Assembly (NCBI GenBank): GCA_964016885.1
Contig: OZ024741.1
Location: 11,718,001 to 11,782,000, forward strand
Source: Eledone cirrhosa
Taxonomy: Eukaryota
Length of the DNA stretch: 64,000 bases
Direction of reading: 5' to 3'
This document shows, piece after piece, positions 12,701 through 28,100 of the stretch. Each line of letters opens with the position of its first letter. Within the stretch, counting starts at the first letter, position 1. The notes below the pieces were generated by a model. That model saw only the letters and a program-made list of their open reading frames with translations. It did not search any database and was not told the DNA's origin. The translations under genes and the position numbers were made by a program.

Positions 12701-15700
12701 CTATATGTATGTGTCTGTGTCACTATATGTATGTGTCTTTGTCACTATATGTATGTGTCTGTGTCACTACATGTATGTGTCTCTGTCACTATATGTTTGT
12801 ATCTGTGTCACTATATGTATGTGTCTGTGTCACTATATGTATGTGTCTGTGTCAGTATATGTATGTGTCTTTGTCACTATATGTATGTGTCTGTGCCACT
12901 ATATGTATGTGTCTCTGTCACTATATGTTTGTATCTGTGTCACTATATGTATGTGTCTGTGTCACTATATGTATGTGTCTGTGTCACTATATGTATGTGT
13001 CTGTGTCACTATATGTATGTGTCTGTGTCACGATATGTATGTGTCTCTGTCACTATATGTATGTGTCTGTGTCACTATATGTATGTGTCTGTGTCACTGT
13101 ATGTATGTGTCTGTGTCACTATATGTATGTGTCTGTGTCACTATATGTATGTGTCTGTGTCACTGTAAGTATGTCTCTGTGTCACTATATGTATGTGTCT
13201 GTGTCACTATATGTATGTGTCTGTGTCACTATATGTATGTGTCTGTGTCACTATATGTATGTGTCTGTGTCACTATATGTATGTGTCTGTGTCACTGTAT
13301 ATATGAGTCTGTGTCATTATATTTATGTGTCTGTGTCACTGTATGTATGTGTCTGTGTCACTGTATGTATGTGTCTGTGTCACTAAATGTATGTCTGTGT
13401 CACTATATGTTTGTGTGTCTGTGTCACTATATGTATGTGTCTGTGTCACTATATATATGTGTCTGTGTCACTATATGTATGTGTCTCTGTCACTATATGT
13501 ATGTGTCTGTGTCACTATATGTATGTGTCTGTGTCATTATATGTATGTGTCTGTGTCACTATATGTATGTGTCTGTGTCACTATATGTATGTGTCTTTGT
13601 CACTATATGTATGTGTCTGTGTCACTATATGTTTGTATCTGTGTCACTATATGTATGTGTCTGTGTCACTATATGTATGTGTCTGTGTCACTATATGTAT
13701 GTGTCTGTGTCACGATATGTATGTGTCTCTGTCACTATATGTATGTGTCTGTGTCACTATATGTATGTGTCTGTGTCATTATATGTATGTGTCTGTGTCA
13801 CTATATGTATGTGTCTGTGTCACTATATGTATGTGTCTGTGTCACGATATGTATGTGTCTCTGTCACTATATGTATGTGTCTGTGTCACTATATGTATGT
13901 GTCTGTGTCACTGTATGTATGTGTCTGTGTCACTATATGTATGTGTCTGTGTCACTATATGTATGTGTCTGTGTCACTGTAAGTATGTCTCTGTGTCACT
14001 ATATGTATGTGTCTGTGTCACTATATGTATGTGTCTGTGTCACTATATGTATGTGTCTGTGTCACTGTATGTATGTGTCTGTGTCACTGTATGTATGTGT
14101 CTCTGTCACTATATGTATGTATGTGTCTGTGTCACTATATGTATGTGTCTGTATCACTGTATGTTTGTGTCTGTGTCACTATATGTATGTGTCTCTGTCA
14201 CTATATGTATGTGTCTGTGTCACTGTATGTATGTGTCTGTGTCACTATATGGTTGTGTCTGTGTCACTATATGTACGTGTCTGTGTCACTATATGTATGT
14301 GTCTGTGTCACTATATGTATGTGTCTGTGTCACTGTATGTATGTCTCTGTGTCACTATATGTATGTGTCTGTGTCACTATATGTTTGTGTCTGTGTCACT
14401 ATATATATGTGTCTGTGCCACTATATGTATGTGTCTGTGTCACTGTATGTATGTGTCTGTGTCATTATATGTTTGTGTTTGTGTCACTGTATGTTTGTGT
14501 CTGTGTCACTATATGTATGTGTCTGTGTCACTATATGTATGTGTCTGTGTCACTATATGTATGTGTCTGTGTCACTATATGTATGTGTCTCTGTCACTAT
14601 ATGTATGTGTCTGTGTCACTATATGTATGTGTCTGTGTCACTATATGTATGTGTCTGTGTCACTGTATGTATGTGTCTGTGTCACTATATGTTTGTATCT
14701 GTGTCACTATATGTATGTGTCTGTGTCACTATATGTATGTGTCTGTGTCACTGTATGTATGTGTCTGTGTCACTATATGTATGTGTCTGTGTCACTATAT
14801 GTATGTGTCTGTGTCACTATATGTATGTGTCTGTGTCACTGTATGTATGTGTCTGTGTCACTATATGTATGTGTCTGTGTCACTATATGTATGTGTCTGT
14901 GTCACTGTATGTATGTGCCTGTGTCACTGTATGTATGTGTCTGTGTCACTATATGTATGTGTCTGTGTCACTAAATGTATGTGTCTGTCACTATATGTAT
15001 GTGTCTGTGTCACTGTATATATGTGTCTGTGTCACTATATTTATGTGTCTGTGTCACTGTATGTATGTGTCTGTGTCACTGTATGTATGTGTCTGTGTCA
15101 CTATATGTATGTGTCTGTGTCACTATATGTATGTCTGTGTCACTATATGTTTGTGTGTCTGTGTCACTATATGTATGTGTCTGTGTTACTATATATATGT
15201 CTCTGTGTCACTGTATGTATGTGTCTGTGTCACTGTATGTATGTGTCTGTGTCACTATATGTATGTGTATGTGTTACTATATATATGTCTCTGTGTCACT
15301 GTATGTATGTGTCTGTGTCACTGTATGTATGTGTCTGTGTCACTATATGTATGTGTCTGTGTCACTATATGTATGTGTCTGTGTCACTGTATGTATGTGT
15401 CTGTGTCACTATATGTATGTCTGTGTCACTATATGTTTGTGTGTCTGTGTCACTATATGTATGTGTCTGTGTCACTATATATATGTCTCTGTGTCACTGT
15501 ATGTATGTGTCTGTGTCACTGTATGTATGTGTCTGTGTCACTATATGTATGTGTCTGTGTCACTATATGTATGTCTCTGTGTCACTGTATGTATGTGTCT
15601 GTGTCACTATATGTATGTGTCTGTGTCACTATATGTATGTGTCTGTGTCACTATATGTATGTCTCTGTGTCACTATATGTATGTCTCTGTGTCACTGTAT

Positions 15701-18700
15701 GTATGTGTCTGTGTCACTATATGTATGTGTCTGTGTCACTGTATGTATGTCTCTGTGTCACTATATGTATGTGTCTGTGTCACTATATGTATGTGTCTGT
15801 GTCACTATATGTATGTCTCTGTGTCACTATATGTATGTCTCTGTGTCACTGTATGTATGTGTCTGTGTCACTATATGTATGTGTCTGTGTCACTGTATGT
15901 ATGTCTCTGTGTCACTATATGTATGTGTCTGTGTCACTGTATGTATGTTTCTGTGTCATTATATGTATGTGTCTGTGTCACTATATGTATCTGTCTGTGT
16001 CACTACATGTATGTGTCTGTGTCACTATATGTATGTGTCTGTGTCACTATATGTATGTGTCTGTGTCACTATATGTATGTGTCTGTGTCACTATATGTAT
16101 GTGTCTGTGTCACTATATGTATGTGTCTGTGTCACTATATGTATGTGTCTGTGTCACTATATGTATGTGTCTGTGTCACTGTATGTATGTGTCTGTATCA
16201 CTGTATGTATGTGTCTGTGTCACTATATGTATGTCTCTGTGTCACTATATGTATGTGTCTCTGTCACTATATGCATGTATGTGTCTGTGTCACTATATGT
16301 ATGTGTCTGTGTCACTATATGTATGTGTCTGTGTCACTATATGTATGTGTCTGTGTCACTGTATGTATGTGTCTGTGTCACTGTATGTATGTGTCTGTGT
16401 CACTATATGTATGTGTCTCTGTCACTATATGTATGTGTCTGTGTCACTATATGTATGTGTCTGTGTCACTATATGTATGTGTCTGTGTCACTGTATGTAT
16501 GTGTCTGTGTCACTATATGTATGTGTCTGTGTCACTATATGTATGTGTCTGTGTCACTATATGTATGTGTCTGTGTCACTATATGTATGTCTCTGTGTCA
16601 CTATATGTATGTGTCTGTGTCACTATATGTATGTGTCTGTGTCACTATATGTATGTGTCTGTGTCACTATATGTATGTGTCTGTGTCACTGTATATATGT
16701 GTCTGTGTCACTATATTTATGTGTCTGTGTCACTCTATTATGTGTCTGTGTCACTGTATGTATGTGTCTGTGTCACTAAATGTATGTCTGTGTCACTATA
16801 TGTTTGTGTGTCTGTGTCACTATATGTATGTGTCTGTGTCACTATAGGTATGTGTCTGTGTCACTATATGTATGTGTCTGTGACACTATATGTATGTCTC
16901 TGTGTCACTATATGTATGTGTCTGTGTCACTATATGTATGTGTCTGTGTCACTATATATATGTGTCTGTGTCACTATATGTATGTGTCTTTGTCACTATA
17001 TGTATGTGTCTTTGTCACTATATGTATGTGTCTGTGTCACTATATGTATGTGTCTCTGTCACTATATGTTTGTATCTGTGTCACTATATGTATGTGTCTG
17101 TGTCACTATATGTATGTGTCTGTGTCACTATATGTATGTGTCTTTGTCACTATATGTATGTGTCTGTGCCACTATATGTATGTGTCTCTGTCACTATATG
17201 TTTGTATCTGTGTCACTATATGTATGTGTCTGTGTCACTATATGTATGTGTCTGTGTCACTATATGTATGTGTCTGTGTCACTATATGTATGTGTCTGTG
17301 TCACGATATGTATGTGTCTCTGTCACTATATGTATGTGTCTGTGTCACTATATGTATGTGTCTGTGTCACTGTATGTATGTGTCTGTGTCACTATATGTA
17401 TGTGTCTGTGTCACTGTAAGTATGTCTCTGTGTCACTATATGTATGTGTCTGTGTCACTATATGTATGTGTCTGTGTCACTATATGTATGTGTCTGTGTC
17501 ACTGTATGTATGTGTCTGTGTCACTGTATGTATGTGTCTCTGTCACTATATGTATGTATGTGTCTGTATCACTATATGTATGTGTCTGTATCACTGTATG
17601 TTTGTGTCTGTGTCACTATATGTATGTGTCTCTGTCACTATATGTATGTGTCTGTGTCACTGTATGTATGTGTCTGTGTCACTATATGGTTGTGTCTGTG
17701 TCACTATATGTACGTGTCTGTGTCACTATATGTATGTGTCTGTGTCACTATATGTATGTGTCTGTGTCACTGTATGTATGTCTCTGTGTCACTATATGTA
17801 TGTGTCTGTGTCACTATATGTTTGTGTCTGTGTCACTATATATATGTGTCTGTGTCACTATATGTATGTGTCTGTGTCACTGTATGTATGTGTCTGTGTC
17901 ATTATATGTTTGTGTTTGTGTCACTATATGTATGTGTCTGTGTCACTATATGTATGTGTCTGTGTCACTGTATGTATGTGTCTGTGTCACTATATGTTTG
18001 TGTCTGTGTCACTATATGTATGTGTCTGTGTCACTATATGTATGTGTCTGTGTCACTGTATGTATGTGTCTGTGTCACTATATGTATGTGTCTGTGTCAC
18101 TATATGTATGTGTCTGTGTCACTATATGTATGTGTCTGTGTCACTGTATGTATGTGTCTGTGTCACTATATGTATGTGTCTGTGTCACTATATGTATGTG
18201 TCTGTGTCACTGTATGTATGTGCCTGTGTCACTGTATGTATCTGTCTGTGTCACTATATTGTGTGTCTGTGTCACTATATGTATGTGTCTGTCACTATAT
18301 GTATGTGTCTGTGTCACTGTATATATGTGTCTGTGTCACTATATTTATGTGTCTGTGTCACTGTATGTATGTGTCTGTGTCACTGTATGTATGTGTCTGT
18401 GTCACTATATGTATGTGTCTGTGTCACTATATGTATGTCTGTGTCACTATATGTTTGTGTGTCTGTGTCACTATATGTATGTGTCTGTGTTACTATATAT
18501 ATGTCTCTGTGTCACTGTATGTATGTGTCTGTGTCACTGTATGTATGTGTCTGTGTCACTATATGTATGTGTCTGTGTCACTATATGTATGTGTCTGTGT
18601 CACTGTATATATGTGTCTGTGTCACTATATTTATGTGTCTGTGTCACTGTATGTATGTGTCTGTGTCACTAAATGTATGTCTGTGTCACTATATGTTTGT

Positions 18701-19159
18701 GTGTCTGTGTCACTATATGTATGTGTCTGTGTCACTATATGTATGTGTCTGTGTCACTATATATATGTGTCTGTGTCACTATATGTATGTGTCTGTGTCA
18801 TTATATGTATGTGTCTGTGTCACTATAGGTATGTGTCTGTGTCACTATATGTATGTGTCTTTGTCACTATATGTATGTGTCTGTGTCACTATATGTATGT
18901 GTCTCTGTCACTATATGTTTGTATCTGTGTCACTATATGTATGTGTCTGTGTCACTATATGTATGTGTCTGTGTCACTATATGTATGTGTCTTTGTCACT
19001 ATATGTATGTGTCTGTGCCACTATATGTATGTGTCTCTGTCACTATATGTTTGTATCTGTGTCACTATATGTATGTATCTGTGTCACTATATGTATGTGT
19101 GTGTGTCACTATATGTATGTGTCTGTGTCACTATATGTATGTGTCTGTGTCACGATATG

Positions 19160-22100
19160 TATGTGTCTCTGTCACTATATGTATGTGTCTGTGTCACTGT
19201 ATGTATGTCTCTGTGTCACTATATGTATGTCTCTGTGTCACTATATGTTTGTGTCTGTGTCACTATATATATGTGTCTGTGTCACTATATGTATGTGTCT
19301 GTGTCACTGTATGTATGTGTCTGTGTCATTATATGTTTGTGTTTGTGTCACTATATGTATGTGTCTGTGTCACTATATGTATGTGTCTGTGTCACTGTAT
19401 GTATGTGTCTGTGTCACTATATGTTTGTGTCTGTGTCACTATATGTATGTGTCTGTGTCACTATATGTATGTGTCTGTGTCACTGTATGTATGTGTCTGT
19501 GTCACTATATGTATGTGTCTGTGTCACTATATGTATGTGTCTGTGTCACTATATGTATGTGTCTGTGTCACTGTATGTATGTGTCTGTGTCACTATATGT
19601 ATGTGTCTGTGTCACTATATGTATGTGTCTGTGTCACTATATGTATGTGTCTGTGTCACGATATGTATGTGTCTGTGTCACTATATGTATGTGTCTGTGT
19701 CACTGTATGTATGTCTCTGTGTCACTATATGTATGTGTCTGTGTCACTATATGTTTGTGTCTGTGTCACTATATATATGTGTCTGTGTCACTATATGTAT
19801 GTGTCTGTGTCACTGTATGTATGTGTCTGTGTCATTATATATTTGTGTTTGTGTCACTATATGTATGTGTCTGTGTCACTATATGTATGTGTCTGTGTCA
19901 CTGTATGTATGTGTCTGTGTCACTATATGTTTGTGTCTGTGTCACTATATGTATGTGTCTGTGTCACTATATGTATGTGTCTGTGTCACTGTATGTATGT
20001 GTCTGTGTCACTATATGTATGTGTCTGTGTCACTATATGTATGTGTCTGTGTCACTATATGTATGTGTCTGTGTCACTGTATGTATGTGTCTGTGTCACT
20101 ATATGTATGTGTCTGTGTCACTATATGTATGTGTCTGTGTCACTGTATGTATGTGCCTGTGTCACTGTATGTATGTGTCTGTGTCACTATATTATGTGTC
20201 TGTGTCACTATATGTATGTGTCTGTCACTATATGTATGTGTCTGTGTCACTGTATATATGTGTCTGTGTCACTATATTTATGTGTCTGTGTCGCTGTATG
20301 TATGTGTCTGTGTCACAGTATGTATGTGTCTGTGTCACTATATGTATGTGTCTGTGTCACTATATGTATGTCTGTGTCACTATATGTTTGTGTGTCTGTG
20401 TCACTATATGTATGTGTCTGTGTTACTATATATATGTCTCTGTGTCACTGTATGTATGTGTCTGTGTCACTGTATGTATGTGTCTGTTTCACTATATGTA
20501 TGTGTCTGTGTCACTATATGTATGTGTCTGTGTCACTGTATATATGTGTCTGTGTCACTATATTTATGTGTCTGTTTCACTGTATGTATGTGTCTGTGTC
20601 ACTGTATGTATGTGTCTGTGTCACTAAATGTATGTCTGTGTCACTATATGTTTGTGTGTCTGTGTCACTATATGTATGTGTCTGTGTCACTATATGTATG
20701 TGTCTGTGTCACTATATATATGTGTCTGTGTCACTATATGTATGTGTCTGTGTCATTATATGTATGTGTCTGTGTCACTATATGTATGTGTCTGTGTCAC
20801 TATATGTATGTGTCTTTGTCACTATATGTATGTGTCTGTGTCACTATATGTATGTGTCTCTGTCACTATATGTTTGTATCTGTGTCACTATATGTATGTG
20901 TCTGTGTCACTATATGTATGTGTCTGTGTCACTATATGTATGTGTCTTTGTCACTATATGTATGTGTCTGTGCCACTATATGTATGTGTCTCTGTCACTA
21001 TATGTTTGTATCTGTGTCACTATATGTATGTGTCTGTGTCACTATATGTATGTGTGTGTGTCACTATATGTATGTGTCTGTGTCACTATATGTATGTGTC
21101 TGTGTCACGATATGTATGTGTCTCTGTCACTATATGTATGTGTCTGTGTCACTATATGTATGTGTCTGTGTCACTGTATGTATGTGTCTGTGTCACTATA
21201 TGTATGTGTCTGTGTCACTATATGTATGTGTCTGTGTCACTGTAAGTATGTCTCTGAGTCACTATATGTATGTGTCTGTGTCACTATATGTATGTGTCTG
21301 TGTCACTATATGTATGTGTCTGTGTCACTGTATGTATGTGTCTGTGTCACTGTATGTATGTGTCTCTGTCACTATATGTATGTATGTGTCTGTGTCACTA
21401 TATGTATGTGTCTGTATCACTGTATGTTTTAGTCTGTGTCACTATATGTATGTGTCTCTGTCACTATATGTATGTGTCTGTGTCACTGTATGTATGTGTC
21501 TGTGTCACTATATGGTTGTGTCTGTGTCACTATATGTACGTGTCTGTGTCACTATATGTATGTGTCTGTGTCACTATATGTATGTGTCTGTGTCACTGTA
21601 TGTATGTCTCTGTGTCACTATATGTATGTGTCTGTGTCACTATATGTTTGTGTCTGTGTCACTATATATATGTGTCTGTGTCACTATATGTATGTGTCTG
21701 TGTCACTGTATGTATGTGTCTGTGTCATTATATGTTTGTGTTTGTGTCACTATATGTATGTGTCTGTGTCACTATATGTATGTGTCTGTGTCACTGTATG
21801 TATGTGTCTGTGTCACTATATGTTTGTGTCTGTGTCACTATATGTATGTGTCTGTGTCACTATATGTATGTGTCTGTGTCACTGTATGTATGTGTCTGTG
21901 TCACTATATGTATGTGTCTGTGTCACTATATGTATGTGTCTGTGTCACTATATGTATGTGTCTGTGTCACTGTATGTATGTGTCTGTGTCACTATATGTA
22001 TGTGTCTGTGTCACTATATGTATGTGTCTGTGTCACTGTATGTATGTGCCTGTGTCACTGTATGTATGTGTCTGTGTCACTATATTATGTGTCTGTGTCA

Positions 22101-25100
22101 CTATATGTATGTGTCTGTCACTATATGTATGTGTCTGTGTCACTGTATATATGTGTCTGTGTCACTATATTTATGTGTCTGTGTCACTGTATGTATGTGT
22201 CTGTGTCACTGTATGTATGTGTCTGTGTCACTATATGTATGTGTCTGTGTCACTATATGTATGTCTGTGTCACTATATGTTTGTGTGTCTGTGTCACTAT
22301 ATGTATGTGTCTGTGTTACTATATATATGTCTCTGTGTCACTGTATGTATGTGTCTGTGTCACTGTATGTATGTGTCTGTGTCAATATATGTATGTGTCT
22401 GTGTTACTATATATGTCTCTGTGTCACTGTATGTATGTGTCTGTGTCACTGTATGTATGTGTCTGTGTCACTATATGTATGTGTCTGTGTCACTATATGT
22501 ATGTGTCTGTGTCACTGTATGTATGTGTCTGTGTCACTATATGTATGTCTGTGTCACTATATGTTTGTGTGTCTGTGTCACTATATGTATGTGTCTGTGT
22601 CACTATATGTATGTGTCTGTCACTATATGTATGTGTCTGTGTCACTGTATATATGTGTCTGTGTCACTATATTTATGTGTCTGTGTCACTGTATGTATGT
22701 GTCTGTGTCACTGTATGTATGTGTCTGTGTCACTATATGTATGTGTCTGTGTCACTATATGTATGTCTGTGTCACTATATGTTTGTGTGTCTGTGTCACT
22801 ATATGTATGTGTCTGTGTTACTACATATATGTCTCTGTGTCACTGTATGTATGTGTCTGTGTCACTATATGTATGTGTCTGTGTCACTGTATATATGTGT
22901 CTGTGTCATTATATTTATGTGTCTGTGTCACTGTATGTATGTGTCTGTGTCACTGTATGTATGTGTCTGTGTCACTAAATGTATGTCTGTGTCACTATAT
23001 GTTTGTGTTTCTGTGTCACTATATGTATGAGTCTGTGTCACTATATGTATGTGTCTGTGTCACTATATGTATGTGTCTGTGACACTATATGTATGTCTCT
23101 GTGTCACTATATGTATGTGTCTGTGTCACTATATGTATGTGTCTGTGTCACTATATATATGTGTCTGTGTCACTATATGTATGTGTCTGTGTCATTATAT
23201 GTATGTGTCTGTGTCACTATATGTATGTGTCTGTGTCACTATATGTATGTGTCTTTGTCACTATATGTATGTGTCTGTGTCACTATATGTATGTGTCTCT
23301 GTCACTATATGTTTGTATCTGTGTCACTATATGTATGTGTCTGTGTCACTATATGTATGTGTCTGTGTCACTATATGTATGTGTCTTTGTCACTATATGT
23401 ATGTGTCTGTGCCACTATATGTATGTGTCTCTGTCACTATATGTTTGTATCTGTGTCACTATATGTATGTGTCTGTGTCACTATATGTATGTGTCTGTGT
23501 CACTATATGTATGTGTCTGTGTCACGATATGTATGTGTCTCTGTCACTATATGTATGTGTCTGTGTCACTATATGTATGTGTCTGTGTCACTGTATGTAT
23601 GTGTCTGTGTCACTATATGTATGTGTCTGTGTCACTATATGTATGTGTCTGTGTCACTGTAAGTATGTCTCTGTGTCACTATATGTATGTGTCTGTGTCA
23701 CTATATGTATGTGTCTGTGTCACTATATGTATGTGTCTGTGTCACTGCATGTATGTGTCTGTGTCACTGTATGTATGTGTCTCTGTCACTATATGTACGT
23801 ATGTGTCTGTGTCACTATATGTATGTGTCTGTGTCACTATATGTATGTGTCTGTGTCACTGTATGTATGTGTCTGTGTCACTGTATGTATGTGTCTCTGT
23901 CACTATATGTATGTATGTGTCTGTGTCACTATATGTATGTGTCTGTATCACTGTATGTTTTAGTCTGTGTCACTATATGTATGTGTCTCTGTCACTATAT
24001 GTATGTGTCTGTGTCACTGTATGTATGTGTCTGTGTCACTATATGGTTGTGTCTGTGTCACTATATGTACGTGTCTGTGTCACTATATGTATGTGTCTGT
24101 GTCACTATATGTATGTGTCTGTGTCACTGTATGTATGTCTCTGTGTCACTATATGTATGTGTCTGTGTCACTATATGTTTGTGTCTGTGTCACTATATAT
24201 ATGTGTCTGTGTCACTATATGTATGTGTCTGTGTCACTGTATGTATGTGTCTGTGTCATTATATGTTTGTGTTTGTGTCACTATATGTATGTGTCTGTGT
24301 CACTATATGTATGTGTCTGTGTCACTGTATGTATGTGTCTCTGTCACTATATGTATGTGTCTGTGTCACTGTATGTATGTCTCTGTGTCACTATATGTAT
24401 GTCTCTGTGTCACTATATGTTTGTGTCTGTGTCACTATATATATGTGTCTGTGTCACTATATGTATGTGTCTGTGTCACTGTATGTATGTGTCTGTGTCA
24501 TTATATGTTTGTGTTTGTGTCACTATATGTATGTGTCTGTGTCACTATATGTATGTGTCTGTGTCACTGTATGTATGTGTCTGTGTCACTATATGTTTGT
24601 GTCTGTGTCACTATATGTATGTGTCTGTGTCACTATATGTATGTGTCTGTGTCACTGTATGTATGTGTCTGTGTCACTATATGTATGTGTCTGTGTCACT
24701 ATATGTATGTGTCTGTGTCACTATATGTATGTGTCTGTGTCACTGTATGTATGTGTCTGTGTCACTATATGTATGTGTCTGTGTCACTATATGTATGTGT
24801 CTGTGTCACTATATGTATGTGTCTGTGTCACGATATGTATGTGTCTGTGTCACTATATGTATGTGTCTGTGTCACTGTATGTATGTCTCTGTGTCACTAT
24901 ATGTATGTGTCTGTGTCACTATATGTTTGTGTCTGTGTCACTATATATATGTGTCTGTGTCACTATATGTATGTGTCTGTGTCACTGTATGTATGTGTCT
25001 GTGTCATTATATATTTGTGTTTGTGTCACTATATGTATGTGTCTGTGTCACTATATGTATGTGTCTGTGTCACTGTATGTATGTGTCTGTGTCACTATAT

Positions 25101-28100
25101 GTTTGTGTCTGTGTCACTATATGTATGTGTCTGTGTCACTATATGTATGTGTCTGTGTCACTGTATGTATGTGTCTGTGTCACTATATGTATGTGTCTGT
25201 GTCACTATATGTATGTGTCTGTGTCACTATATGTATGTGTCTGTGTCACTGTATGTATGTGTCTGTGTCACTATATGTATGTGTCTGTGTCACTATATGT
25301 ATGTGTCTGTGTCACTGTATGTATGTGCCTGTGTCACTGTATGTATGTGTCTGTGTCACTATATTATGTGTCTGTGTCACTATATGTATGTGTCTGTCAC
25401 TATATGTATGTGTCTGTGTCACTGTATATATGTGTCTGTGTCACTATATTTATGTGTCTGTGTCGCTGTATGTATGTGTCTGTGTCACAGTATGTATGTG
25501 TCTGTGTCACTATATGTATGTGTCTGTGTCACTATATGTATGTCTGTGTCACTATATGTTTGTGTGTCTGTGTCACTATATGTATGTGTCTGTGTTACTA
25601 TATATATGTCTCTGTGTCACTGTATGTATGTGTCTGTGTCACTGTATGTATGTGTCTGTTTCACTATATGTATGTGTCTGTGTCACTATATGTATGTGTC
25701 TGTGTCACTGTATATATGTGTCTGTGTCACTATATTTATGTGTCTGTTTCACTGTATGTATGTGTCTGTGTCACTGTATGTATGTGTCTGTGTCACTAAA
25801 TGTATGTCTGTGTCACTATATGTTTGTGTGTCTGTGTCACTATATGTATGTGTCTGTGTCACTATATGTATGTGTCTGTGTCACTATATATATGTGTCTG
25901 TGTCACTATATGTATGTGTCTGTGTCATTATATGTATGTGTCTGTGTCACTATATGTATGTGTCTGTGTCACTATATGTATGTGTCTTTGTCACTATATG
26001 TATGTGTCTGTGTCACTATATGTATGTGTCTCTGTCACTATATGTTTGTATCTGTGTCACTATATGTATGTGTCTGTGTCACTATATGTATGTGTCTGTG
26101 TCACTATATGTATGTGTCTTTGTCACTATATGTATGTGTCTGTGCCACTATATGTATGTGTCTCTGTCACTATATGTTTGTATCTGTGTCACTATATGTA
26201 TGTGTCTGTGTCACTATATGTATGTGTGTGTGTCACTATATGTATGTGTCTGTGTCACTATATGTATGTGTCTGTGTCACGATATGTATGTGTCTCTGTC
26301 ACTATATGTATGTGTCTGTGTCACTATATGTATGTGTCTGTGTCACTGTATGTATGTGTCTGTGTCACTATATGTATGTGTCTGTGTCACTATATGTATG
26401 TGTCTGTGTCACTGTAAGTATGTCTCTGTGTCACTATATGTATGTGTCTGTGTCACTATATGTATGTGTCTGTGTCACTATATGTATGTGTCTGTGTCAC
26501 TGTATGTATGTGTCTGTGTCACTGTATGTATGTGTCTCTGTCACTATATGTATGTATGTGTCTGTGTCACTATATGTATGTGTCTGTATCACTGTATGTT
26601 TTAGTCTGTGTCACTATATGTATGTGTCTCTGTCACTATATGTATGTGTCTGTGTCACTGTATGTATGTGTCTGTGTCACTATATGGTTGTGTCTGTGTC
26701 ACTATATGTACGTGTCTGTGTCACTATATGTATGTGTCTGTGTCACTATATGTATGTGTCTGTGTCACTGTATGTATGTCTCTGTGTCACTATATGTATG
26801 TGTCTGTGTCACTATATGTTTGTGTCTGTGTCACTATATATATGTGTCTGTGTCACTATATGTATGTGTCTGTGTCACTGTATGTATGTGTCTGTGTCAT
26901 TATATGTTTGTGTTTGTGTCACTATATGTATGTGTCTGTGTCACTATATGTATGTGTCTGTGTCACTGTATGTATGTGTCTGTGTCACTATATGTTTGTG
27001 TCTGTGTCACTATATGTATGTGTCTGTGTCACTATATGTATGTGTCTGTGTCACTGTATGTATGTGTCTGTGTCACTATATGTATGTGTCTGTGTCACTA
27101 TATGTATGTGTCTGTGTCACTATATGTATGTGTCTGTGTCACTGTATGTATGTGTCTGTGTCACTATATGTATGTGTCTGTGTCACTATATGTATGTGTC
27201 TGTGTCACTGTATGTATGTGCCTGTGTCACTGTATGTATGTGTCTGTGTCACTATATTATGTGTCTGTGTCACTATATGTATGTGTCTGTCACTATATGT
27301 ATGTGTCTGTGTCACTGTATATATGTGTCTGTGTCACTATATTTATGTGTCTGTGTCACTGTATGTATGTGTCTGTGTCACTGTATGTATGTGTCTGTGT
27401 CACTATATGTATGTGTCTGTGTCACTATATGTATGTCTGTGTCACTATATGTTTGTGTGTCTGTGTCACTATATGTATGTGTCTGTGTTACTATATATAT
27501 GTCTCTGTGTCACTGTATGTATGTGTCTGTGTCACTGTATGTATGTGTCTGTGTCAATATATGTATGTGTCTGTGTTACTATATATGTCTCTGTGTCACT
27601 GTATGTATGTGTCTGTGTCACTGTATGTATGTGTCTGCGTCACTATATGTATGTGTCTGTGTCACTATATGTATGTGTCTGTGTCACTGTATGTATGTGT
27701 CTGTGTCACTATATGTATGTCTGTGTCACTATATGTTTGTGTGTCTGTGTCACTATATGTATGTGTCTGTGTCACTATATGTATGTGTCTGTCACTATAT
27801 GTATGTGTCTGTGTCACTGTATATATGTGTCTGTGTCACTATATTTATGTGTCTGTGTCACTGTATGTATGTGTCTGTGTCACTGTATGTATGTGTCTGT
27901 GTCACTATATGTATGTGTCTGTGTCACTATATGTATGTCTGTGTCACTATATGTTTGTGTGTCTGTGTCACTATATGTATGTGTCTGTGTTACTACATAT
28001 ATGTCTCTGTGTCACTGTATGTATGTGTCTGTGTCACTATATGTATGTGTCTGTGTCACTGTATATATGTGTCTGTGTCATTATATTTATGTGTCTGTGT

